This document shows, in pieces, positions 48,908 to 57,863 of a stretch of DNA of 64,000 nucleotides (the first letter of the stretch is position 1; each line of letters starts with the position of its first letter). This DNA comes from Candidatus Binatia bacterium (lineage in GTDB: Bacteria > Desulfobacterota > Binatia > UBA9968 > CAXXLF01), in NCBI GenBank assembly GCA_963664015.2, contig CAXXLF010000001.1, forward strand, positions 96,001-160,000, in the 5' to 3' direction. The translations under genes were made by a program, and so were the position numbers. The notes beneath the pieces were generated by a model, which was given only the letters and a program-made list of their open reading frames with translations, had not been told where the DNA came from and did not search any database.

Positions 48908-49123
48908 TTATTTCCGCTCCTGCCTCAACTGCCGCCGGCGGGAAATCAATCCCAGGCCCCGGATGCTTCTAAGCCTTTGCTCCCTCCAAGCCCCTTGCTC
49001 CGCCTTTCCCTCATCGGTCAGCTCACGACCGAACCAGGAGGTACTCCGAAGCAGGGATACGAGACACCAATCGGTCAAAGATTTGACCGGTTCCAACATC
49101 CACTCTACAATTCGCTTCAGCAT
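48908..49123 (-). CDS. Small basic hypothetical protein
   Basis: AGGAG RBS then ATG 49123 (MLKRIVEW...), within a co-oriented gene run. Confidence 0.5.
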   Translation of the reverse strand: MLKRIVEWMLEPVKSLTDWCLVSLLRSTSWFGRELTDEGKAEQGAWREQRLRSIRGLGLISRRRQLRQERK

Positions 49124-49202
49124 GATTCTCCTACCTTCGAAGCCTTCGTGTATTCCGACAACGGTTCTGCAAAACACCGGCCATGTTCTGGCGGGAGCAA
49201 GC

Positions 49203-50171
49203 CTAACGTAGAAAGGTGTCTTCCTGCTCCAAGCCCGCTACCGCTTCCTTTATGGCCAGAGTGGTAGGCACCTTGTCTCCCAAGAGCCCAATCTGCCGGA
49301 AGAACTGGCCAATTTGAGCATGGTCCCGTGGCGTCACCTGGGTGTAAGGTCGTACCGGATCACCGATATCAACGCCAAAATGCCGCATTGCCGATTTCAT
49401 GATTGGCGGCAGCCCGTACGCCCCCCATTTACCCGGGAACAGGGAAAAACACCTCTGCCAGTATCTAGCGTGATCCAGGTCGCCGGCCCTAAAGGCCTTG
49501 ACCACCTGGGCGCCGATACGGGTCCCCGGAGGCGGCATCGTGGCACCCGATCCTCCCATCATAAGTGTCGAGAGGAGAGGCTGCATGGTTGTAAAATAAT
49601 GTCCCTTCCCGGCCATTTCGATCTGCTCCACAAGCCGTGTAATCTTGGTAATGTCACGGGAGCTTTCTTTAAAATACTGAACATTGGTCAGCTCGCTGAG
49701 TTTAACAAAGGTCTCGATGGGAGGGTCCGCTCCCGGCCCTGGGTTGTGATACGCAACCACGGGCAACGGGCTGGCGGAGGCGACTTGAGTGAAGTACTCT
49801 ACGATTTCCGCAATGGTGGGCTGCTGCCCCCAAGGTCTCAGCTGCATCAACACCTGGGCCATATCCGCCCCGATGGTGGCGGCATATTCGGCTAATTCGA
49901 TCACTTCATGAGGGGAAGGATTCGAGCACCCGGCTAGTACGGGGACCCGTTTCCCGACCATTTCAGTTCCGATACGAAGCAACTCCTTACGTTGCTCGAG
50001 GGTCAACATGGTATATTCGGCAGCCTCGACAGCAGCAATGGAGATGGCGTCACAGTCCGCTACCAGAAATTCAATTTCATGTTCCAACGCCTTGTAGTTG
50101 ACGCGATCGTCTTCTCCAAAGGGCGTTAGACAGGCTCCAATAATGCCGTTGACTGGCTTCTCCAGTGGCAT
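49203..50171 (-). CDS. Dihydrodipicolinate synthase-like class I aldolase family protein
   Basis: LTPF, YHNP and FKESS (Schiff-base Lys); usual GTTGE motif replaced by VEAAE. Confidence 0.85.
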   Translation of the reverse strand: MPLEKPVNGIIGACLTPFGEDDRVNYKALEHEIEFLVADCDAISIAAVEAAEYTMLTLEQRKELLRIGTEMVGKRVPVLAGCSNPSPHEVIELAEYAATIGADMAQVLMQLRPWGQQPTIAEIVEYFTQVASASPLPVVAYHNPGPGADPPIETFVKLSELTNVQYFKESSRDITKITRLVEQIEMAGKGHYFTTMQPLLSTLMMGGSGATMPPPGTRIGAQVVKAFRAGDLDHARYWQRCFSLFPGKWGAYGLPPIMKSAMRHFGVDIGDPVRPYTQVTPRDHAQIGQFFRQIGLLGDKVPTTLAIKEAVAGLEQEDTFLR

Positions 50172-50197
50172 AGGATCTCTCCTCTCGTATCGAACGA

Positions 50198-50857
50198 CTA
50201 ACTAAGAATTTCGGCGACGATGCGAGCGTGGGCCGCATCGCTTCCTTTAACCTTAAGGGGAAATGCAAGGATCCGATTTTTTATCCCAACAATTCGACCC
50301 AGATTAGTCACATTCTCGGCGATGAGTACGTCGTGACCCAGCAACATCTTGTGTACAGGGAAATTAAAATCTTTTGGTCGTAGAGGTGTAGGCAGGTCTA
50401 CCGTAATACAATCGATTCCGAATAGCTTGACGCCTCGATCCACAATCCACCGGGCCGCATCAACGGAAAGATAAGGGTGGATATTGTAATCGGGGCTTTC
50501 AAATTTATCGTCCCAGCCCGTATAGAGCATCAGGATGTCGCCCCGGTTGACGGTAACGCCGGATTCCTCCAGTTCCCTTGCCGTTATTTCCTCCCCACCC
50601 TTTTTTTTGACGGCAATGACTGCCCCCGGTCCCATAAAGGAATCCAAAGGAAGTTCCTCTATGGACTTTCCTTCGGCGACGATATGAACCGGTGCGTCCA
50701 CATGGGTTCCTGCATGGCACGGCAGCGACATCACTGTCACGTTTAAGGCGTGCCCCTCCTCCAGGCTAAAGCATCGCTGCACATGGACATCCGGGAGGAC
50801 GGGGATCTTTGGCATCCCATCGTAAATCAAACGTGAAAGATCAACCATCTCGGTCAT
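50198..50857 (-). CDS. Cyclase family metal-dependent hydrolase (kynurenine formamidase-like)
   Basis: HAGTHVDAPVH, GID, H..LL and ENV motifs. Confidence 0.9.
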   Translation of the reverse strand: MTEMVDLSRLIYDGMPKIPVLPDVHVQRCFSLEEGHALNVTVMSLPCHAGTHVDAPVHIVAEGKSIEELPLDSFMGPGAVIAVKKKGGEEITARELEESGVTVNRGDILMLYTGWDDKFESPDYNIHPYLSVDAARWIVDRGVKLFGIDCITVDLPTPLRPKDFNFPVHKMLLGHDVLIAENVTNLGRIVGIKNRILAFPLKVKGSDAAHARIVAEILS

Positions 50858-50874
50858 GAGACTTAATAACCTCC

Positions 50875-51615
50875 TTAGCGCCCATTCCGCCAAGCGGCGT
50901 ATAGGGGATCCAGATCGATGAAGGCACGCTTGATACCGTCGAATGCCAGCCAAAAAATGTCCAGTGTTTTCTGTACTGCGACCCTCACCTGTTCCTGCTG
51001 AGCGTCATCCACAGCATACTTTCTCACGGCCTCGGGCCCAACGCGCATATGTTCCTCGTCCACGCCCATGTGGAGAGTCCAGTATCGAAGATCGTCCGAA
51101 TCCATTGTGAATCCATAGTGATGGATTAGACCGTGAACGATCTTACGCATGCGTAGGCTCGCCGTACCTTCGAGACAAAAGCCTTGGCTGGCGTATAGCT
51201 CAAGCCAAGTCCTCTGGTACATCAGTAGCTCCCGCCAATCCAAAAAAGCCTGTGTCTCGGGTAGCGGCTCCACACGATCCAGTTCTTCCCTGGAATAGCC
51301 AAGCACTCCGGCAAATCGTATGAAAAGACCTTTGTGACTGTCCGTCCCTGTTATTTCTCCGGTTGCTTCCTCGATCACATTCTCAATCCACATCTTTTCC
51401 AAAATCTCGTCATCGGGACAACGCCCCAACATGGCAGCAATGGGCTTTGGAAAGGGTTTAGGGAAAAAAAGGTAGAACTGACCGACAAAACCCTTCAGGG
51501 CCTCGCGATTCATTTCTCCCCTTTCAATCATCCCAATCACAGGATGATCCTTTGAGTGTTTACGAAGAACCATTCCCTGGATTTCTTGGACGAATTCCTC
51601 ACTGGATTGCGGCAT
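50875..51615 (-). CDS. Heme-oxygenase-like diiron redox enzyme (PqqC/CADD/TenA superfamily)
   Basis: HP, ENVIEE...H, LE and YWTLHMGVDEEH diiron ligand pattern. Confidence 0.82.
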   Translation of the reverse strand: MPQSSEEFVQEIQGMVLRKHSKDHPVIGMIERGEMNREALKGFVGQFYLFFPKPFPKPIAAMLGRCPDDEILEKMWIENVIEEATGEITGTDSHKGLFIRFAGVLGYSREELDRVEPLPETQAFLDWRELLMYQRTWLELYASQGFCLEGTASLRMRKIVHGLIHHYGFTMDSDDLRYWTLHMGVDEEHMRVGPEAVRKYAVDDAQQEQVRVAVQKTLDIFWLAFDGIKRAFIDLDPLYAAWRNGR

Positions 51616-51784
51616 AGGTTATTCCTCCATGGGTTTGTTCAAGGCCGACACATCGAAACTCAACAATATCAATCCTGAGTTCCAAAGGTTTCAAATTACT
51701 TAAAATCCAGGTGAACCGCAAGCGACAACAGCCCTACCCTCCCCTTCTCAGATTCCGAAGCGGGAGGGCTTAAGTTACTGTAAA

Positions 51785-51798
51785 GTAAGAGCTCTTAC
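51785..51798. promoter_or_regulatory. Perfect 14-bp palindrome (candidate operator)
   Basis: GTAAGAGCTCTTAC in the intergenic region upstream of the diiron-enzyme gene run. Confidence 0.4.
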
Positions 51799-51894
51799 GC
51801 TCATAATGGCCTGATAGGGAGAAGAAAATAACTGATTAGAGGAAGGCGGATTAGGGAGAACCTCCGATCACTTCCGGTTCTCCCGTGGAAGGGG

Positions 51895-52374
51895 TCAGGA
51901 TACGGGGAGACGGTAATACTTACCTTTAAAGAAAAGCAACGGCCGTTCCCCCTGGGCAGTCGCATTCACGATTTCACCCAGGTATACGGTATGGTCCCCT
52001 CCCTCAAAGCTATCTGCGACACGGCATTCGATGGTTCCCATGGTACCATCGAGAATTGGGACCCCCAACTCTCCAAGATGCCAAGAAATACCTTCAAATT
52101 TTTCAATTCCCTTGGTGGCGAACCTGCGCGAAAGTTCTTCCTGATCTTCGTTAAGAATGTTCACCACAAAGGCTTTCGACTCTTCGAAGCATGCGTAACA
52201 TTGGACTGTCTTATCAACACAGATCACAACCAACGGAGGGTTGAGGGAAAGAGAGGTGAATGCGTTGGCAGTCAGACCGGCGGGGACCCCGGCTTTATCC
52301 TTGGTCGTTATAACCGTAACGCCAGTGGCAAAGTGCCCCATGACGTTTCGAATCTCTTTCGAATCCAATGCCAT
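51895..52374 (-). CDS. Flavin reductase family protein (HpaC-like)
   Basis: MGHFATGVTVIT, TANAFTSLSLNPP and GGDH motifs. Confidence 0.92.
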   Translation of the reverse strand: MALDSKEIRNVMGHFATGVTVITTKDKAGVPAGLTANAFTSLSLNPPLVVICVDKTVQCYACFEESKAFVVNILNEDQEELSRRFATKGIEKFEGISWHLGELGVPILDGTMGTIECRVADSFEGGDHTVYLGEIVNATAQGERPLLFFKGKYYRLPVS

Positions 52375-52467
52375 GACATTCTGCTAGCAGAGGGAGATAC
52401 CAGTTGTCAAATCCGTCGCAGCTATTGCAATAGAGTCAATGGCGACGCAAAAACGTTTAGATGGTTT

Positions 52468-52908
52468 TTAACTATCGAGTTCGGGTATGGGCAGGACAAT
52501 ATGGGGCACACCTTCCGTCTCGAGTTCTTCTCGTTCACTGGGTGTGGCCACTCCGTATATGGATCTCTTATCAACCTCACCATTGAACATCCGGCGCGCC
52601 TGTTCGGCAAAGCGCGGACCCACATCCTCAAAATTCTCCCGCACATGGTGATGGAGACGCAAAAGCAGCTCTTTGGCATCGGACTCGGGAACGGGCTGAC
52701 CCACCGTGTTAACCGATTGACGGCGCTTCTCGGTTGGCTCTTTTTTAGTACGAATTGCGCAGGCGTGCGGTAGTTTCTGCACGCTGGTGTCACCGCAAAT
52801 GGGGCATGATACCTGATCGCGGGCGACTCGCTCCTCGTAGCCCTCGGCGCCAGGAAACCATCCTTCAAACTGATGGTTTTGCTTACAGATTAGATTATAG
52901 ATGACCAT
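52468..52908 (-). CDS. DUF1178 family protein
   Basis: Y.L.C...H.FEGWF, CP.CG and VG.RFA..AR...IYG motifs. Confidence 0.88.
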   Translation of the reverse strand: MVIYNLICKQNHQFEGWFPGAEGYEERVARDQVSCPICGDTSVQKLPHACAIRTKKEPTEKRRQSVNTVGQPVPESDAKELLLRLHHHVRENFEDVGPRFAEQARRMFNGEVDKRSIYGVATPSEREELETEGVPHIVLPIPELDS

Positions 52909-53067
52909 GGGCCCCTTCCTGAGTATACTTTAATATAAGCCTAAAGCCTGGATTGTCAATGGTCCAGATATACTGTCCCCTTGATCGTAAACCCGTCTCC
53001 CAGTTTACCCCGAGGTTGGTTCAACGGGTTCACGAGCCTGTAACGTGGCTATTTTCAAGTCTCGAGT

Positions 53068-53277
53068 TCACCGGATCCGCAGCGAAGCGGGAGCCGGCGT
53101 CAGGTCGGCGTTTCGTTCGGTCTTGGAACCTACGGAACTGCCACACGCCTCACAGAGATAATCGTACAGATTGCCGTCGGGCAAAACCAGGAGAAGTCGC
53201 TCCCGAACCGACATTGCACGCCGACACTGATTACAGTAGAGAAGCGATGCCTGAAATTTTTCAAAGCTCTTTTGCAT
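53068..53277 (-). CDS. Small zinc-ribbon hypothetical protein
   Basis: ASLLYCNQC...VRERLLLVLP...YLCEACG. Confidence 0.7.
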   Translation of the reverse strand: MQKSFEKFQASLLYCNQCRRAMSVRERLLLVLPDGNLYDYLCEACGSSVGSKTERNADLTPAPASLRIR

Positions 53278-53318
53278 GAATGAAATTAGCCTTCAACGTT
53301 GAGTAACCCTACTGAGGT

Positions 53319-55332
53319 TTACACCACGGAGGCTGCCTCATCGGCCCCCTTAGTCTCTTTGACGCCCTTTTTTGTTAGATGAGCCGGGAGCTCTTCATAA
53401 TGGGAGAATTCCATCTGGAATTTCCTCCGTCCAGTGGTCATCGACGTCAAATCAGCAGCGAACCTCAGGATATCGGCCATGGGGATTTGGGCCTTGATTC
53501 ATTGGTAGTGTCCCTTCGCTTCCACCCCCTGCACTCGGCCCCGCCTGGCATTCAGATCTCCAATGGCATCCCACATGCATTCTTACAATACAGTGACTTC
53601 CATGGCGATGACCGGCTCCAGGATCACGGGTTTAGCCTTCTCAACCGCATTTTTGAAACCCATGGAGGCCGCCATCTTGAATTCCATATCCGACGAGTCC
53701 ACTTCATGAAAGGGGCCGTCGTAAAGGGTCACCCGAACATCCACCATCGAATAGCCTGCCACAAAACCCTGGTCGATGGCCTCTTTGACCCCTTTTTCTA
53801 ACAACGGTATATAGTTGCGCGGAATCGCGTCTCCCACGATCTTATCGATGAACTCAAAACCGCCACCGCGGGGCAACGGCTCGATCTCAAGCGACGTATC
53901 CCCGTACTGCCCCCGGCCACCGGATTGCTTCTTGTATTTTTTCTAGGCCTTGAACTTGGTCCGGATCGTCTCCTTGTACGGGACCTTGGGAGCCTTTAGC
54001 TGTACTTAAGCTCCGTACTTGCGCTTAAATTTTTCAACAATCACATCAATGTGCGGCTGCCCCATGCCGGAGAGAATAAAGTCCCGCGTTTGGGGGTCCC
54101 GATGCATCTCCACGGACGAATCCTCTTCGATGATACTATGGAGCCTCAGTGGAACTTTGTCCTCATCGGCTCTAAACTTGGGTTCCAGTGCAAAGGATAT
54201 CATGGGAAGAAATTCCGCTAGCCCCGCGAATTGAATGGGGCCCGCTCGTGACAGAGGGTATGGCAGGAGGACGGGTCCTCAAGTTTTGCCGCCGCAACGA
54301 TCTCTCCAGCCCGAGCCCCTCTGTTACTGGCACATGTTTCTTTCCTTCCAACTTGAAGAGATGAGCAATCTTCTCTTTAGCCTGTTTGTTGCAATTGTAC
54401 GCACCCATGTCTACAGAAATCTTTCCAGAGGCCACGCGCATCAAGGGAAGTTTACCGGCAAACGGGTCCACTATAGTTTTAAATATATAAGTGGAAAATG
54501 CATTATCAGGATTCGTAGCGCGGCTTTCATCTTCACCGGTGATTGCTGCTTTCCCTTCGCCTCCCCTTCCTCCAAGGGAGACGAAAGGAGGGCAGCCGCG
54601 CCGAACTCCAAAAGCAATCTCCTCCGTGCAAAGCTCCTGCCCGTCCAAGTACTTCTCCAGGAGTTTATCATCAGTCTCGGCAACGCTCTCATCAAGGCGC
54701 ACTCGCATCTCCTGGGCCCCCTTCTTGAGCTCATCGGAGATCACAGCCGTCGAGAACTTGCCTCTTGCCCCATCAAAACCCGGCACCTTCATGGAGGTGA
54801 GATCAACCACACCTTTGAAATTCTCACTAGCACCGATAGGCAGCTGAAGGTTAACCCCCTTGATATCAAGGCTGTCGAGTATTTAATCAACCGCCGAAAC
54901 CACATCCGCAGATTCCTCACGATCCACCCTGCTCACAAAGAAAATCCGCCTTACCTGAAGAGCCTCCGCGCGCTCCCAAAGCCGCTAGCTCTCTACTTTA
55001 AAACCGCTGGAGGGACTCAATAGGGATACGGACCCACCGAACGCCCGCATACACTGGATGGTGTCCGGGAGGAAGGGTGCATAACCGGGGGTATCGATAA
55101 GCGTGATACTGGATTTGGCCCACTTCAAAGAATGAAAGGCCGCGGAAAGCGTAATCTTGCGTTTGCTCTCTTCCGGCTCGAAGTCAAATAGGGATGATCC
55201 GTCGTCAACACGACCGAGACGTGTCGTTGCTCCGGCTGCGAAGAGCATGGCCTCCCCCAGTGATGTTTTTGCTTCTCCACCTTGACCCAGAATCCCAACG
55301 TTGCGAAGCTTGTCTGTCTCAATTTGAGCTAT
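53319..55332 (-). pseudogene. fusA: Elongation factor G paralog (EF-G2/FusA2-like) pseudogene
   Basis: Start ATA; [53 protein letters not shown]; multiple stops and frameshifts. Confidence 0.88.
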
Positions 55333-55369
55333 AACTTCACCCCTTTTGGATTGAGACTAACAGTTACTG

Positions 55370-56161
55370 TTATTCTGGTGTCTTCTTTTTATCCTGAACC
55401 GAGTTCCTTTCATAAATAATCCTCAATCCTTCAAGGGTGAGGAATTCATCCACCTCTTCGATGACATCTGATTCCGCCGCGATGAGCGACGCAAGGCCTC
55501 CCGTAGCCACTACCTTAGCTTGGATGTTGATCTCATCCAAAATACGCCGGACAATCCCATCAACCAAAGCCACATAGCCGTAAAAAATCCCCGACTGCAT
55601 GGAGTGGACCGTATTTTTCCCCACCACCTCTTTGGGTTTCGCTATCTCGACACGGGGGAGCTTCGAAGCTCGTTGAAAAAGAGCCTCCATGGATATTTGC
55701 AGACCCGGAGCAATCGTTCCTCCCTGGTATTCACCCTTTTGGGATATAAAGTCAAAGGTTGTTGCCGTTCCAAAGTCAATCACAACGCAGGCGGTTCGAA
55801 ATTTCTCAAATGCCGCCACGCCGTTGACTATGCGGTCAGTTCCCACATCTCTGGGGGTGTCATAAAACACCGGCATACCCGTCTTTACTCCGGGACCCAC
55901 CACCAGCGGGTCCAATCCGAAAAATTGTTGGCCAAGCTCTTGAATGGTCGCCAGCATCGGCGGTACCACACAAGACAGGATAATGCCATCGACTCGGCCA
56001 CAGTCAATTCCGCGAGCGGTGGCAAGATGGGAAAACAAGATGCCATATTCATCGGCGGTACGCTCGGACTGGGTCAACAAGCGCCAGTGAGTCAGGAGTT
56101 TCCCCCCGTCATAGACACCGGAAACCATATGGCTGTTTCCTACATCAATAGCAAGTAGCAT
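55370..56161 (-). CDS. coaX: Type III pantothenate kinase
   Basis: AIDVGNS, VGTDR, DFGTATT, ATGG and LTLEGL motifs. Confidence 0.95.
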   Translation of the reverse strand: MLLAIDVGNSHMVSGVYDGGKLLTHWRLLTQSERTADEYGILFSHLATARGIDCGRVDGIILSCVVPPMLATIQELGQQFFGLDPLVVGPGVKTGMPVFYDTPRDVGTDRIVNGVAAFEKFRTACVVIDFGTATTFDFISQKGEYQGGTIAPGLQISMEALFQRASKLPRVEIAKPKEVVGKNTVHSMQSGIFYGYVALVDGIVRRILDEINIQAKVVATGGLASLIAAESDVIEEVDEFLTLEGLRIIYERNSVQDKKKTPE

Positions 56162-56165
56162 AGCT

Positions 56166-56966
56166 TTAAACGGTTATAGGGATAACGTCCCCGGCCAGAA
56201 TGCGCTCCGGGTCTCCCCCCTTCCCCTCTAGGATCAAAGCACCATCCATGTCAATACCCAATGCCTTTCCGGAGGTGTGCCCGTCGGGCATTTCCACCCT
56301 AACCTGCTTGCCGCGCAATCTAAAATAACCTTCCCAGCGGCTACTGATCCCAGGGAATCCAGACTTCTCAAGACTCCCATAGCACTGATCCAGGTTATGA
56401 ATCAATCGGGCGGCAAAGGCGCTCCGGTCCACAGGCCGTTGGGTCAACTCAAGCAATGAGGTTGCCTTGTCCCGGATCGTCTCTGGCATGCGCGCCTTGG
56501 AATAGTTAAGATTCACTCCAATTCCTAAGATCACAAATAAAACACGTTCCGAATCACAAGATGATTCGGTAAGTATACCAGCTATTTTTTTTCCCTGCAC
56601 CAGGATGTCATTTGGCCATTTAATCTCCGGGGCCATCGGTAGAAAAGAGGCGACCGTGTCTGCCACGGCCACCGCCGCCATGAGTGTAATTTGTGGTGTA
56701 TGGGCCGGCAGGAGTTTGGGCCGAAGAATGAGCGAAAGGTACAAGTTCGTGCGGGGCGGTGAGGACCAGTTCCTGCCCAATCTCCCCTTCCCATGGGTCT
56801 GCTGTTCTGCAACCACGATCTCACCCTCAAGGGCTCCCTGCCGTGCGAGTTTCTGAGCTGTGATATTGGTAGACTCCAGCATCTCAAAGTAGTGGATGTT
56901 TTTGCACAAGCGTTGGGATGACAAGGCCTTGTGGATCTCAGCTGGTGATATTGCCTCGGTCGCCAT
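56166..56966 (-). CDS. birA: Biotin--[acetyl-CoA-carboxylase] ligase (no N-terminal HTH)
   Basis: [20 protein letters not shown] and KIAGIL motifs. Confidence 0.94.
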   Translation of the reverse strand: MATEAISPAEIHKALSSQRLCKNIHYFEMLESTNITAQKLARQGALEGEIVVAEQQTHGKGRLGRNWSSPPRTNLYLSLILRPKLLPAHTPQITLMAAVAVADTVASFLPMAPEIKWPNDILVQGKKIAGILTESSCDSERVLFVILGIGVNLNYSKARMPETIRDKATSLLELTQRPVDRSAFAARLIHNLDQCYGSLEKSGFPGISSRWEGYFRLRGKQVRVEMPDGHTSGKALGIDMDGALILEGKGGDPERILAGDVIPITV

Positions 56967-57003
56967 AGGTCTCCTTATCATATTACAGGCAACAGCATCA
57001 GGA

Positions 57004-57858
57004 TCATTGATGGCTTTGCCCTGCGAGCTTCATGTTGAAATCAGCTGCGGGTGCCGAATGGGTAACGGCCCCGACGGAAATGAAGTCCACCCCTGTTTGT
57101 GCAACCTCCCGCACCGTGTCGACGGTAATCCCCCCCGAGGCCTCCACCCAGACCCGATGATCGATCAGTATGACCGCCTGGGCTATTTCCTGAAGATCCA
57201 TATTGTCGAGCATGATCACATCCGCCCCTGCGTCCAGGGCGTCTTGGACCTGCCTTAAATCTGCGCATTCAACTTCGATCTTGGCCATGAAGGGTGCCTG
57301 CCGGCGGACTTGCTGCACCGCAAGCACAATGGACCCAGCCGCGGCAATGTGGTTATCCTTAATCAATGCCGCATCGTAGAGACCCAAGCGGTGATTCATT
57401 CCCCCGCCCATACGTACCGCATATTTCTCAAGGGTCCTAAGACCCGGTGTGGTTTTTCTTGTATCGATGATCTTACAAGAAAAGTCTTTGACCGCATCCA
57501 CATAACGCCGTGTCAGCGTCGCAGTTCCAGAGAGGCGCTGCAGGATGTTCAGTGTCGTCCGCTCGCCCATCAGCAGCACCCGAGTCGATCCCACGGCTTC
57601 CGCAACGACCGTCCCACGGGTGACGCTGTCACCGTCCTGGCTCATCTGCTTGACCCGAACTGCCGGATCGAGCAAAGCGAAGATGTTCTGCAAGAGCGGG
57701 AGTCCGGCAACAACACAGTTCCCTTTGGCACGAAAAACACCCGTGGATTGATGGTCCGATGGAATAGTGGGAAGGGTGGTCAGGTCCCCAGGTCCGATAT
57801 CTTCTTCCAGCGTTGTCCTAAACAGCCGCTGAATCTGAGAAGTAAAAAGGATGTCCAT
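57004..57858 (-). CDS. nadC: Nicotinate-nucleotide diphosphorylase (carboxylating)
   Basis: DTRKTTPG, NHR.GL.D, KDNH, MLDN and ASGG motifs. Confidence 0.96.
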   Translation of the reverse strand: MDILFTSQIQRLFRTTLEEDIGPGDLTTLPTIPSDHQSTGVFRAKGNCVVAGLPLLQNIFALLDPAVRVKQMSQDGDSVTRGTVVAEAVGSTRVLLMGERTTLNILQRLSGTATLTRRYVDAVKDFSCKIIDTRKTTPGLRTLEKYAVRMGGGMNHRLGLYDAALIKDNHIAAAGSIVLAVQQVRRQAPFMAKIEVECADLRQVQDALDAGADVIMLDNMDLQEIAQAVILIDHRVWVEASGGITVDTVREVAQTGVDFISVGAVTHSAPAADFNMKLAGQSHQ

Positions 57859-57863
57859 AGGGT

